Below, in pieces: positions 1 through 9,759 of a stretch of DNA of 64,000 nucleotides. Below the pieces are notes generated by a model. That model made no database searches. It was not told where the DNA came from and saw only the letters and a program-made list of their open reading frames with translations. Each line of letters starts with the position of its first letter. Within the stretch, counting starts at the first letter, position 1. Origin of the DNA: a bacterium (lineage in GTDB: Bacteria > RBG-13-61-14 > DATKZS01); NCBI GenBank assembly GCA_963674965.2, contig CAXXFL010000005.1, positions 384,001 to 448,000 of the forward strand. The letters are read 5' to 3'. Position numbers and translations under genes: made by a program.

Positions 1-453
1 CTGGGCGACGAGATCATGGAGCAAACGAGGGAGCTTTACCGGAGGCTGGGCCTTAAAATCATCGAGACCAGGCGCCATCACGAGGAGGGGCTATGCTGCG
101 GGATCGCCGCCGGATGCAACCGCCAAATGCCGCAGGACATCACCCTCGCGGCTTGGAGGCAGCTCCGGGAGGGCGAGAAAACCGGGGCCGCGGAAATGGC
201 CGTCTACTGCACGGGCTGCTACCTGATGCTTAACATCGCCCGCGTCGGGGTCCGGACCAGGCAGAAGCTGGTCCATTCCCTCGAGTACCTGGGCGAGGCA
301 TCGGGAGAGCCTCGGGAAAGAACGGTCGAGCCCCGCTCGGCCCGCATCCTGGCCAACGTGATCGTGAAAGCCCTGCCCAAGCTCCTCTCCCCCCGCCGCT
401 ATAAAATGGGCGAACTGGAAATAGGGGCGGGAATGAAACAAAATAATAAGTGA
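1..453 (+). CDS. CCG-domain (Fe-S)-binding oxidoreductase subunit, 5'-partial
   Basis: Frame open from base 1; motifs LCCG and YCTGC typical of CCG domains. Confidence 0.7.
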   Translation: MGDEIMEQTRELYRRLGLKIIETRRHHEEGLCCGIAAGCNRQMPQDITLAAWRQLREGEKTGAAEMAVYCTGCYLMLNIARVGVRTRQKLVHSLEYLGEASGEPRERTVEPRSARILANVIVKALPKLLSPRRYKMGELEIGAGMKQNNK

Positions 454-557
454 GCGGTCATAACACCGGGACCGCGTTCAAGAAAAATTATATTCGCCGG
501 CCTTTGCTTTCCGCGGGCGGCGGATCGAAATATAAAAGCAGTGGAGGTTTATAATCG

Positions 558-1748
558 ATGGGCGCGAAAGGCAAGTGGTTCAAGGCCGCGTTCATAGCGC
601 TTGTACTTTTCGGGCTGGGCCTGGCCGCCGACTTGACTCGGGTGTACGTCATGGTCAGGATCGACCCGTCCTTTCACAGCATCTGCGCCGTTAACGAGCA
701 GCTCAACTGCCTGACCGTGGCCGAGAGCAAATACGCGGCGGTCCTGGGCATTCCCGTTTCCATCTGGGGCATGGGCGGATACGGCGCCATGCTGATCGTG
801 GCCCTCGCCTCCTTCTCCAGGCGGGAAAACTTAAGGGACGTCGCGGCCCTGTCCCTTTTAGGCATGTGTATTTTCTCGGCCATGACCGGCGCATATCTTT
901 TTTATATCTCCGAGTTCGTCATCAAGGTCCTTTGTCCCTTTTGCGCGGCCACCTACGTTACCAACGCGCTCCTGTTGATTTTGGCCGTCCTGATTGTCAG
1001 GGCGGAGGGCGGCATGGGAGTAATAGCCAGGACGGGTCTTTGGCCCGCGGACTTGAAAAAACAGGTTGGCCCGGCGACGGTTTTCATTCCCGCGGCCTCG
1101 ATCGTTCCTCTTGCCCTGGCGGTTATGGTCTTCAAGTTCATGTACCCGTCGCTCGAGGTCGAGCTTCCCAAGGGGCCGGGCGGTCTTCCCATCGGACTGA
1201 CCGAGGACAAGGACCCCTGGATAGGGTCCCGCAAGCCCATCTTGACCATCACCGAGTTTTCCGACTACCAGTGTCCTCACTGCCGCAGGATTCACGCCCT
1301 GATGAGGCAGACCATCGAGAAATACGCCGACCAGGTCCGGCTGATCCATCGCAACCTTCCCCTCGATCATCACTGCAATCGAATGTTAAACAGGAAGTTT
1401 CACCTGTGCTCGTGCCAGTACGCCTCCTACGCGGTGTGCGCCGCGGATATGGGCAAGTTCTGGGAGATGAGCGACTACCTTTTCAGCCTGCAGGACCAGG
1501 ACGAGAACGAGTGCGTCTCGGCGCTCGAGGCGGCCAACGCCGTTTCCATCGACCGGGAGGCCTTCGAGCAATGCCTCGCCTCCGACCTTCCCGAGAAGTG
1601 CATCGAGAGGGACGTCGAGTGCTGCATCAAACTCGGCATCCACGCCACCCCCACCTTCCTTTGCGACGGCGACACCTTCGTGGGAGGAATCGACGATAAA
1701 ACGATAGTGGAAAAGCTGGAGAAGGCCAAAAAGCATGGGCCGTCGTGA
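558..1748 (+). CDS. VKOR domain fused to a DsbA/thioredoxin-fold domain
   Basis: N-terminal TM segments with loop Cys pair CAVNEQLNC and CPFC; C-terminal EFSDYQCPHC and cis-Pro ATPTF; GGAGG RBS. Confidence 0.85.
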   Translation: MGAKGKWFKAAFIALVLFGLGLAADLTRVYVMVRIDPSFHSICAVNEQLNCLTVAESKYAAVLGIPVSIWGMGGYGAMLIVALASFSRRENLRDVAALSLLGMCIFSAMTGAYLFYISEFVIKVLCPFCAATYVTNALLLILAVLIVRAEGGMGVIARTGLWPADLKKQVGPATVFIPAASIVPLALAVMVFKFMYPSLEVELPKGPGGLPIGLTEDKDPWIGSRKPILTITEFSDYQCPHCRRIHALMRQTIEKYADQVRLIHRNLPLDHHCNRMLNRKFHLCSCQYASYAVCAADMGKFWEMSDYLFSLQDQDENECVSALEAANAVSIDREAFEQCLASDLPEKCIERDVECCIKLGIHATPTFLCDGDTFVGGIDDKTIVEKLEKAKKHGPS

Positions 1749-1839
1749 ATCGAATACTGGCCGCGGGAATATTTCGATAGGCCGTATCATTGGCCGATCA
1801 AGTATGAACGCGTCTGAAAGGCCGTGACGGCTGAACTGC

Positions 1840-2916
1840 CTATTCCACGATCTCTCCTCTTTCCATCTTCTTCCACTTTTTTACGTACTCGTCCACGTTG
1901 TCCCGGGTGACCAGGTCAACGCCAGAGTCGACGAAAACGCGCTCGGGAAGCTTGCCATCGGCCACGATCTCGTGAAGGATTTTTACCGACTGCGACCCCC
2001 AGCCGAAGTACTTCTGCCCCACGGCCAGCTGGATTTTTCCCCGCTTGATCAGCTCGGGCGCGGGAGGGATCGCGTCGAAGGTGACGACGAAGGTTTTTTT
2101 CGGGTCCACCGAGGAGATGATCGACTTGGAATAGCCCGGCCAGCCGCCCACCGAGAGCCAGGCCCGAAGCTCGGGATAGGTCTTGGTCGCGCTTTGAATG
2201 ACCTTTTCCGCCTTGATGGCCTGGTCCTCGACGTCGAAGGTCTCGACCACCTTGATTTTAGGGTGTTGCCGGATCACGCTCATGGCCCCCTCCAGCCTTT
2301 TGGCCAGGTTGTCGGCGCCCAGGGTGGTGAGGACCGCCACTTCTCCGCCTTCCTCACCCAGGAGCCGGGCTATCTCCTTGCCCATGACCACTCCGGCCTC
2401 GAAGTCGTTCACGCCGTAATAGGCCAGGCGCCTCGAGGTCGGGGCGTCCGAGTCCCAGGTGATGACGGGTATGCCCTTGTCAATGGCCGCGTCGATGGCG
2501 GGGGCCAGGTACTCGCCGTTCAGACAGGAAACGGCGATCCCGTGCACGCCCTCGCCGGCGTATTTCTCGATCAGCTCCTTTTGCTTGGCCTGGTCGTTCT
2601 CGGCCGGGGCGTCCCAGATAATCTCGACGTCCCCGTACTCCTCGGCCTTGCGATTGGCCCCTTTTTTGGCGTAGTTGAAAACGGGTATGTGAAGGGCCTT
2701 GGGAATGAAAACGAACCTCAGTTTCTCGCCGGGGGCAAGTTCCTTCTTAAAGGCGTCCGCCGCCGGGGGGGTATCCTTTACCGTCGAAGCCGCGAGAGGC
2801 GCCGCCTCTTCGCCGCCGCTTGATCCCGTCGCGCCGTCCTGGGCCGCGACGCCGCTTAAAAGGACCGATGCCAGGGCGAAGGCCAGTACCGCCGCGTATT
2901 TCATATTGAATCTCAA
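1840..2916 (-). CDS. Periplasmic sugar-binding protein (RbsB-like); start may be 2904
   Basis: Signal peptide; GIPVITWDSD, YYGVNDFEAG and AVGQ motifs; no permease or ATPase adjacent. Confidence 0.85.
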   Translation of the reverse strand: MRFNMKYAAVLAFALASVLLSGVAAQDGATGSSGGEEAAPLAASTVKDTPPAADAFKKELAPGEKLRFVFIPKALHIPVFNYAKKGANRKAEEYGDVEIIWDAPAENDQAKQKELIEKYAGEGVHGIAVSCLNGEYLAPAIDAAIDKGIPVITWDSDAPTSRRLAYYGVNDFEAGVVMGKEIARLLGEEGGEVAVLTTLGADNLAKRLEGAMSVIRQHPKIKVVETFDVEDQAIKAEKVIQSATKTYPELRAWLSVGGWPGYSKSIISSVDPKKTFVVTFDAIPPAPELIKRGKIQLAVGQKYFGWGSQSVKILHEIVADGKLPERVFVDSGVDLVTRDNVDEYVKKWKKMERGEIVE

Positions 2917-3009
2917 AATTAATTATCTCCTTGAAGGTTTCTGGCGGCTTAATATATCACATCCGAAGAGTGGTAGAAAGAGACTTTGGCCCGGCTTGGG
3001 CGCGGTGGG

Positions 3010-4083
3010 TTATCTAGCTTTAAAATCAAGTATTTCCCGAGCCATCTCGCTCAGGGGAACCAGCTTGTCCACGAAACCAGCCACGCTCGCGGCCCTGGGC
3101 ATGCCAAAGACCACGCAGGTCGCCTCGTCCTGGGCGATGACCCTGCCCCCGGCCTCCTTGATGGCCCTGGCCCCGGCGGTACCGTCGTCTCCCATGCCGG
3201 TCAAGATGACGCCAAGTATTTTGCCCGGCCACTTCCGGGCGACCGAGGTCATCATTTCATCGGCCGAGGGGATATGGGCGGAATCGCGGGGGGTCCGGCT
3301 CAGGAAAGCGTGGAAAGTCTCGTTCTTTCGCTGGAGATGGAGGTGGTAGCCGCCGGGCGCGATATAGACTCGTCCCGGCAGTATGGGCATGCCTTCCTCG
3401 GCCTCGCTGACGGCCATGGGGCACAGCTTGTCGAAGCGCTCGGCCAGGGAGCGGGTAAAGCCGATGGGCATATGTTGAACCACGAGTATGGCCCCCGGGA
3501 AATCGGACGGAATGGCGGTGAGGACCTTCTCGAGGGTCATGGGACCTCCGGTCGAGGCCGCCATGGCCACGATGTGGGAGGGAACGCCGCTTCCCTCTGG
3601 AACGACCTGAGCGGGCGCGGCCTGGGCCTCCTGGGACGCGCGGGCCGTCTCGGCGACCTTGGCAAGGTCCACGCCGGCGATGATCTTGACCTTCTCGATC
3701 AGGGACTCGGCTATCTCGAGGATGTCCATGGTGGTGTGGCAGGAGGACTTGTCGATAAAGTCCACCGCCCCCAACTCGAGAGCCTTCAGCGTAATTTCGC
3801 CCCCGTCGCTGGTAAGGGAGCTGACCATAAGGGCCGGCGTGGGCGTCTCGGCCATTATTCGCTTCAAGGCCTCGAGGCCGTCCATGCCCGTCATCTTCAC
3901 GTCGAGGGTTACCACGTCGGGCCGGTGGAGCTTTACCTTCTCGACCGCCTCCTCGCCGTCGCGGGCGTCGGCCACCACCCGGATCGAGGAGTCCGAGGAC
4001 AGCATCCGCTTTAACGCCTTGCGCATGAAGGCCGAGTCGTCCACGACCACGACCTTGATTTTTTTAGGGCCTTTTTCCATCAT
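3010..4083 (-). CDS. cheB: Chemotaxis response regulator methylesterase
   Basis: REC domain (VVDDS, TLDVKM) plus ASTGGP, QHMP and TGMGDDG catalytic motifs. Confidence 0.95.
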   Translation of the reverse strand: MMEKGPKKIKVVVVDDSAFMRKALKRMLSSDSSIRVVADARDGEEAVEKVKLHRPDVVTLDVKMTGMDGLEALKRIMAETPTPALMVSSLTSDGGEITLKALELGAVDFIDKSSCHTTMDILEIAESLIEKVKIIAGVDLAKVAETARASQEAQAAPAQVVPEGSGVPSHIVAMAASTGGPMTLEKVLTAIPSDFPGAILVVQHMPIGFTRSLAERFDKLCPMAVSEAEEGMPILPGRVYIAPGGYHLHLQRKNETFHAFLSRTPRDSAHIPSADEMMTSVARKWPGKILGVILTGMGDDGTAGARAIKEAGGRVIAQDEATCVVFGMPRAASVAGFVDKLVPLSEMAREILDFKAR

Positions 4084-4158
4084 TCCAACTATTACGTTTT
4101 CACCCAGCTTAAATATAATGATAGGTCAATAAATTCCTCTTTGCTTTTTTTTGTCCAC

Positions 4159-5010
4159 TCATCCCGGGGCTTTGCGATAGAGGATGGTCTGGGGTCTCCT
4201 GTCAGCCGCGAAATCCGTGACCATGGCGCCGAGGCTTTCCGAGTGTCCAAGCAATAGGCGGCCGCCCTCGCCCAGGGCCTCGTGGAAATAATCCAGGACC
4301 CGACTTATTTTCTCCTCCGAGAAATAGATTAGAACGTTACGGCAGAAGATGGCGTCGAAGCGTCCCAGCCTTTCCCATGCTTTCCCGTCAAGAAGGTTGG
4401 CCGGCTCGAAGGTTACGTTCTTTTTTATTTTTTCCTCCACCCGATAGAGGTCTCCATTTTTCTTGAAGAACTTATCCTTGATTTCCGGCCGGGCCGAGCG
4501 GAAACTCCGCTCGGAGTATAATCCTTTTTGGGCCGCCTCCAGGGCCCTTTGGCTTACGTCTATTCCCACTACCTGAACGTCCCAGTTCCAGAAGAAGGCC
4601 CCCGAGGCGTAAATCAGCATGGCTATGGTATAGGCCTCCTCTCCGGTGGAGCACCCGGCCGACAGCACGCGAAGCGACCTTTCCCCCCCCGAATCGAGTT
4701 TTTCCTTTTTGATCTCCTCGAGGACCTCATCCTGGAAGGTCCGCAATTGGGCCTCCTCCCTGAAAAAATAGGTCTCGTTGTTGGTCAAAAGACCGATCAC
4801 GCGGGCGAGTTCCGAATCCTTTTCCTCGCCTTCCTTCACGCTTTTAAGGTAGGCCCCGAAGGAGGAGAAGCCCCGTGAGGCCACGCGGTTATAAAGCTTC
4901 ATCCGGACGAAAGCGCGCTTTTCTTCCTTGAGGTATATTCCGTACCTTTCGTGTATAAAGTCGCGCAGGAGGCGGAACTCCACCTCGGTAAGGTCGAAAT
5001 CATAGCTCAT
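4159..5010 (-). CDS. cheR: Chemotaxis methyltransferase
   Basis: NETYFFRE, SAGCSTGEEAY, IFCRNVLIYF, LGHSES. Confidence 0.95.
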   Translation of the reverse strand: MSYDFDLTEVEFRLLRDFIHERYGIYLKEEKRAFVRMKLYNRVASRGFSSFGAYLKSVKEGEEKDSELARVIGLLTNNETYFFREEAQLRTFQDEVLEEIKKEKLDSGGERSLRVLSAGCSTGEEAYTIAMLIYASGAFFWNWDVQVVGIDVSQRALEAAQKGLYSERSFRSARPEIKDKFFKKNGDLYRVEEKIKKNVTFEPANLLDGKAWERLGRFDAIFCRNVLIYFSEEKISRVLDYFHEALGEGGRLLLGHSESLGAMVTDFAADRRPQTILYRKAPG

Positions 5011-7400
5011 CTGGTCTCGCCCAGTTTCTTAAGCGACCTGGCGGCCTCCTTTCTAACCTCCTCGCTGGGGTCGTCCTTTTGGGAGCGGATAAGATGCGCT
5101 ATGGCCCGGGAATCGCCAATCAAAGATAAAGCGTGGGCGGCCTTGGCGCGGACCGTAAAAAACTCGTCCTCCAAGACCCGGATGAGGAAGGGAACGAAAG
5201 AGGGGTCCCCCACGCGGCCGAGAACGTCGACCATGAGGCCCTTGATCGCGCCGCCCGACTTGGAGAAGTAATCGGCGAAGGTTTCCATGTCCGGGGCCCC
5301 GAGACGCTCGATGGCCTCCATAACCTCGAGACGGAGGTCCTCCTCGTGGAGCAGTGGTAAAAGGCTGGTCGCCGTATCCCGATCGCCCATCTTGGAAAGG
5401 GCGGCCACGATCTCCTTCTTGATAACGTTGTCGCGCTCCTCCCCCAGGCGATCGATCAGCGCGGCGCGATGGCGCTTGTCCCTCGAGGCGCTCAGGGCCC
5501 GGATGGCGGCCACTCTCACCCCCCAGTCGGCGTCGTCAAGCGCGACGATCACCCCCGGGGCCGCCCTTCCCTCATGGTTGGCGGCCATGGACTCGAGCAC
5601 GGCCGTTCTTATTTCCGGGTTGGGGTCCTTCAGGGTCTCGCTGAGGAAATGTTTGACTTCCTTGTCCGCGAATGACCCGAGTGATCTTATAATGGCCCGT
5701 CTCAGCCTGGGTCCCGCCTCGGCGAAGCGGTCCATCAGGACGGCCGCGCTCTCCGGCCCGCCAACCCTGGCCAGGGACTCGGCGGCCGCCGCCCCCACCG
5801 ACTGGTCCTTGTCCCGGATAAGGCGCTCGAGATGGGAGACGGGGCCGGGCGATCCCGCGGCGCCCAGACAAACGGCGGCGGCGGCCCTTACCAGGGGGTT
5901 GCCGTCGTTAATAGCCGCCAAAAGGGACTCGCTCTCCAGAAGTCCGGACCTTTTCTTGCCCAGGGCCCGGATAGCCTCGGCCCGGATGGCCGTGTCCGGG
6001 CTGGAGGCCAGTTCCATCAGGGTCTGGAAGGGACCGTCCCCCTCGAGGTCGCCCAGGACGTGGACCGCGGCGGCCTTGGCTTCGCCCCGCAGACTGGGCA
6101 TGGCCGACCTGATCTTTTCCTCCAAGGAGGCCGAGCGCGATTTTCCAAGCGCCTCGGCCGCGGCCGAGCGAAGGTCGGGGTCGTCGTCGGCCAAGACGCC
6201 TATCAGGGCGTCCTCAACCGCGGGCGAAGAAGAGGCCCCCCCCAGGGCCATGACCGACTGGAGACGGACCTCGGCGTCGGGGTCCTGAAGAAGGCCAAGG
6301 CAGGCCAGGAGGCCTCGCTCGTCGCCTATCCAGTCCAGGCACCGCACGAGCGCGCATTTAATTTCCGCCTCCGGGTCCATCTCGAGGGCGGCCACCAACT
6401 GGGGGACGGCCTCGGGCCCGAAGCCGGTTATGGCCCCGGCCACGTATTCCTCGATCTCGAAGTCCCCGAGCAGCTCGATCAGGCCGGGCAGGGACTGGAC
6501 TTTCTTCAGCCAGCCCAGGGCCACCACGGCGTTTTTCCTTACCTCGAGGTCGGGGTCGGACAGCGACCCGGTCAGGTGCCGGACCACGTCGTCGCGGCCG
6601 AGAACGCCGGCGATCTCTCCCAGTCCGTCGCCTCCCTCCTGGCCGATGGAATCGATTTTCGACTGCACTTTGACCAGGGCCGCTATCACGTCGTTCCTGG
6701 TCAGAGGGTCGTCGCGGGCAAGAAGCCGAGCCAGGGCCGGAGCGGCCGAGGGGTCGCCGATGTTGCCCAGGGCCTCGATCACGGCCCCCTGCAGCATGTC
6801 GTCCCCGATAAGATCGAGAAGCGGCGGAACCGCGCGGGGGTCTCCTATTTGGCCCAGAGCCGTCGCGGCCGGGTACCTTATCCAGAATTCCTTTTTCAGG
6901 GCCTCGATCAAGGGCTCGACGGCCCCGTCGTCCGCGATCATGCCCAGGGCCTCGGCCGCGGCGTGAGCCACGTTCTCGTCCACGTCGTCAAGCGCCGCGA
7001 TAAGGTCGGCGACCGAGTCGGGGTCTCCTATCGCCCCCAGCATGACGCCGCTGAAGGTCCTGATTTCCTCGTCCGGGTCCCGAAGAAGAGCGAGAAGATA
7101 GGACGTGGCGCGCTTGCCGTAGCGGGGAAAGGCCTCCATGGCCGCCGTGCGCACGTTGGCGTCGTCGCCGTCGCGAAGGTATTTCTCGAGCTCCGGGAAA
7201 ACCAGCTCGGCCGGGTAGCCGCAAACGCCCCGGAGAGATTCCTCCCTCACCCGAAAGCTCTCGTCGCCCATGGCCGCCAGAAGAGGCCGGACGGCCCCGA
7301 TCGAGCCGCTTTTTACCAGGTCCCTTACCGCCTTGTAACGCTCTTCCTCGGTCCCACCCCCGAGCACGGACTCGAGGGCCGAATAATCGATTTCAACCAT
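5007..7400 (-). CDS. HEAT/PBS-lyase repeat protein
   Basis: Many D..VR..AA.ALG.IGD..AV..L repeats over 797 aa; overlaps or abuts both cheR genes. Confidence 0.9.
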   Translation of the reverse strand: MVEIDYSALESVLGGGTEEERYKAVRDLVKSGSIGAVRPLLAAMGDESFRVREESLRGVCGYPAELVFPELEKYLRDGDDANVRTAAMEAFPRYGKRATSYLLALLRDPDEEIRTFSGVMLGAIGDPDSVADLIAALDDVDENVAHAAAEALGMIADDGAVEPLIEALKKEFWIRYPAATALGQIGDPRAVPPLLDLIGDDMLQGAVIEALGNIGDPSAAPALARLLARDDPLTRNDVIAALVKVQSKIDSIGQEGGDGLGEIAGVLGRDDVVRHLTGSLSDPDLEVRKNAVVALGWLKKVQSLPGLIELLGDFEIEEYVAGAITGFGPEAVPQLVAALEMDPEAEIKCALVRCLDWIGDERGLLACLGLLQDPDAEVRLQSVMALGGASSSPAVEDALIGVLADDDPDLRSAAAEALGKSRSASLEEKIRSAMPSLRGEAKAAAVHVLGDLEGDGPFQTLMELASSPDTAIRAEAIRALGKKRSGLLESESLLAAINDGNPLVRAAAAVCLGAAGSPGPVSHLERLIRDKDQSVGAAAAESLARVGGPESAAVLMDRFAEAGPRLRRAIIRSLGSFADKEVKHFLSETLKDPNPEIRTAVLESMAANHEGRAAPGVIVALDDADWGVRVAAIRALSASRDKRHRAALIDRLGEERDNVIKKEIVAALSKMGDRDTATSLLPLLHEEDLRLEVMEAIERLGAPDMETFADYFSKSGGAIKGLMVDVLGRVGDPSFVPFLIRVLEDEFFTVRAKAAHALSLIGDSRAIAHLIRSQKDDPSEEVRKEAARSLKKLGETR

Positions 7401-8339
7401 CTACGATTCCCTTCCCCAAGGACCCGACCCGGGCTTCCGATAAAAATAGGCGTCCTTGTAATCCGCGGTCTCGAACGAATGTTTATAAACGTGAAGAAGC
7501 TCCGCGTCGCCAGTGAAAAGATACCCTCCCGGCTTCAGGCGCTTGTAAAGCTCGTTCACCAGCCGCTCCTGGGCCGCGAAGTCGAAATATATCATCACGT
7601 TTCGGCAGAATATAACGTCGAAGCGTTCCATAAGAGATATTTCCTCGACCCTATCGTCCATGAACTCGACGCGGCTTGACGGGCCCGCGTCCCCCCACAG
7701 CCGGCTGAGGTTGAACAAACCGAACCTGACGGCCGACGCGATTTCATCGCTGACGATTATCTCGCCGCCGAGTTCCTTGACGCGTTTTTCCAGCGCCCAG
7801 GCGGGAAGGTCCGAGGCCTCCGAGGCCGGGTACCTTCCCAAGCGGGCTTTCTTCAGGGCGTCCCTGCTGACGTCGGTCGCCAGTATCTCGATCTCCCAGG
7901 CCCTCGGGTATTTCAGATTCTCAAAAACGGTCATGGCCGCGCTATAGGGTTCCTCCCCGCTGGCGCAGCCGGCGCTCCAGATGGAAAGCCGGGGCTTGGG
8001 CGACGGCCGGCCCGAGGTCCAAAGGGAAATATCGAGTTCCTCCTGAAGCCGCTTCTCGATCTCGGGCAGGACTTTCTCGCCGAGCGCCAGAAAATGTTCC
8101 GGCGAGCGGAAGAACCCGGTCTTCCTCGTGGTCAGGTGCTCGAGGAGAAGCTGAATTTCTCGAGAGTCGGTTTTAAGCATCTCCAGGTAGCCCTGGTGGG
8201 AACGGCAATCGACGGCTTCCATCCTGAGGCATATCCCGGCCTCGAGGTTGTGAAGCCTGGCCCGGGAAAAGCAAAGGGAGCTTTCCGCGTAGATCAGGCG
8301 CTTGAACTCCTCCAGCGCGCGGCCGGGCAGGGGCGTCAC
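7401..8339 (-). CDS. cheR: Second chemotaxis methyltransferase
   Basis: TGFFRS, WSAGCASGEEPYS, IFCRNVMIYF. Confidence 0.9.
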   Translation of the reverse strand: MTPLPGRALEEFKRLIYAESSLCFSRARLHNLEAGICLRMEAVDCRSHQGYLEMLKTDSREIQLLLEHLTTRKTGFFRSPEHFLALGEKVLPEIEKRLQEELDISLWTSGRPSPKPRLSIWSAGCASGEEPYSAAMTVFENLKYPRAWEIEILATDVSRDALKKARLGRYPASEASDLPAWALEKRVKELGGEIIVSDEIASAVRFGLFNLSRLWGDAGPSSRVEFMDDRVEEISLMERFDVIFCRNVMIYFDFAAQERLVNELYKRLKPGGYLFTGDAELLHVYKHSFETADYKDAYFYRKPGSGPWGRES

Positions 8340-8824
8340 GACGCGGCCTCCGGGTCGTCGATAATGATTTCGGAAAGGGACTCGATTTCCTCGCCCGTCA
8401 GCATCTTTTCCGGGGCAAGGACCAGTACCAGCCCCTCCTCCGTTTTGACCATGCCCACCACGCAGCCGGGGTTTTTGCCGTCAAGCACGGCCTGGGGCAC
8501 GGGCATGTACTTGCTCTTGTCCTCCGTGACGACGGTCTTGACGTCGTCCACGACGGCGCCAAGGGACGCGGTCTCCATTTCCAGGACGATTATCCGGCTC
8601 TTTCTCTTGGCGGACGGCGCGCCGGCCCCGAGCTTTTTGCGAAGGTCCAGTATGGGCACCACCTTCTCCCGGACCTCGATTACCCCCTCGATGAACTCGG
8701 GCGAGTTGGGGACCGCCACGACCTTCTCGAGGTTCATCACCTCCCTTACCCGGGAGACCTCGACGGCGTAGACCTCGTCGCCCATGAAGAAAGTGACCAG
8801 GCGAAGCTTTTCCGACCGTTCCAT
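8336..8824 (-). CDS. cheW: CheW coupling protein
   Basis: LVTFFMGDEVYAV..VREV, VPNSPEFIEGVI, VPILDLRKKL. Confidence 0.92.
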   Translation of the reverse strand: MERSEKLRLVTFFMGDEVYAVEVSRVREVMNLEKVVAVPNSPEFIEGVIEVREKVVPILDLRKKLGAGAPSAKRKSRIIVLEMETASLGAVVDDVKTVVTEDKSKYMPVPQAVLDGKNPGCVVGMVKTEEGLVLVLAPEKMLTGEEIESLSEIIIDDPEAAS

Positions 8825-8893
8825 CTCGACGTTCCCTTGGCGGCCGCGGCGGGAGAAGGGGATTTCACGTTGCCCCTTCTCCCGCGGAGGCGC

Positions 8894-9706
8894 TTACTCT
8901 CCGCCGGCCCATCCCAGGCTGACGGTAAATACTCCGTTTTCCGGCTCCCTGTCCCAGGCCAGCTCGACCTCGTCGCGCAGGTCCTCGTCTATCAGAGAGG
9001 AGTAGGCGAAGGCGGGCGTGACGTAGAAGCCCCCGCTTAAGTTCACGGGCAAGGAGACCGAGGCGCTCCAGTCGTGCCACTTGTCCTCGTCCGTTCCCAG
9101 GTCCTCGGGCCCGGCGTAGTACTGGTTCAGGTAGGCTCGGGAGGCGTATCCCACGTGTCCTCCCAGCCCCAGCTCGAGGGAGAAGCCGTCCGTCTCGTAG
9201 AGGGGAAAGGAATGGGAAAGGTCGAAACCAAGATACCCGGCCGACTCGCTTCCCTCGACGTCCACGTCCATGTTGTAGGTCAAGGTGGGCGAGGCGGGCA
9301 CGTCGACTCCAATGGCCGCGAAGACCTCGGTGGTCGAGAGCCACCCGGTGTTGGGGAAGGTATAGGCGGCGAAGCCCCCGGTCAAAGCCACCGGTCCCAG
9401 CTCGTGGGTATAGGAGGCCACGTAGTCGACCTCGGTCAGGTTGCCCGTCTCGTCGCCGTATCCTCCCTCCGTCTCGCCCCAGTCGGTGGCGTCCACGTTG
9501 CCCCACACCACCAGCTCGAGTCCGCCGTCGGTTATGGTCACCGACGGCTGAACCACGCCCTCGTCGTTCAAGGGCATGCCCCTCCAAACGTACTGGGTGG
9601 CGTAGGTCACGTCCACCCCCACGCCGGTGTTTTCGCCCGCCGCCGACAAGCTCGCGAAAAGCAAAACGCAAAGCCCCATGACGCATGTGATCGAACCACG
9701 CTTCAT
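8894..9706 (-). CDS. Putative outer-membrane beta-barrel protein (TorF/MipA-like)
   Basis: Signal peptide, YVWRG motif, EVDY, alternating aromatic strands, C-terminal FTVSLGW. Confidence 0.65.
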   Translation of the reverse strand: MKRGSITCVMGLCVLLFASLSAAGENTGVGVDVTYATQYVWRGMPLNDEGVVQPSVTITDGGLELVVWGNVDATDWGETEGGYGDETGNLTEVDYVASYTHELGPVALTGGFAAYTFPNTGWLSTTEVFAAIGVDVPASPTLTYNMDVDVEGSESAGYLGFDLSHSFPLYETDGFSLELGLGGHVGYASRAYLNQYYAGPEDLGTDEDKWHDWSASVSLPVNLSGGFYVTPAFAYSSLIDEDLRDEVELAWDREPENGVFTVSLGWAGGE

Positions 9707-9759
9707 TTTTTTTCCTCCCTCGATGCCAGGTTGCAGTTATTGAGGACCCGACGGTCCCG

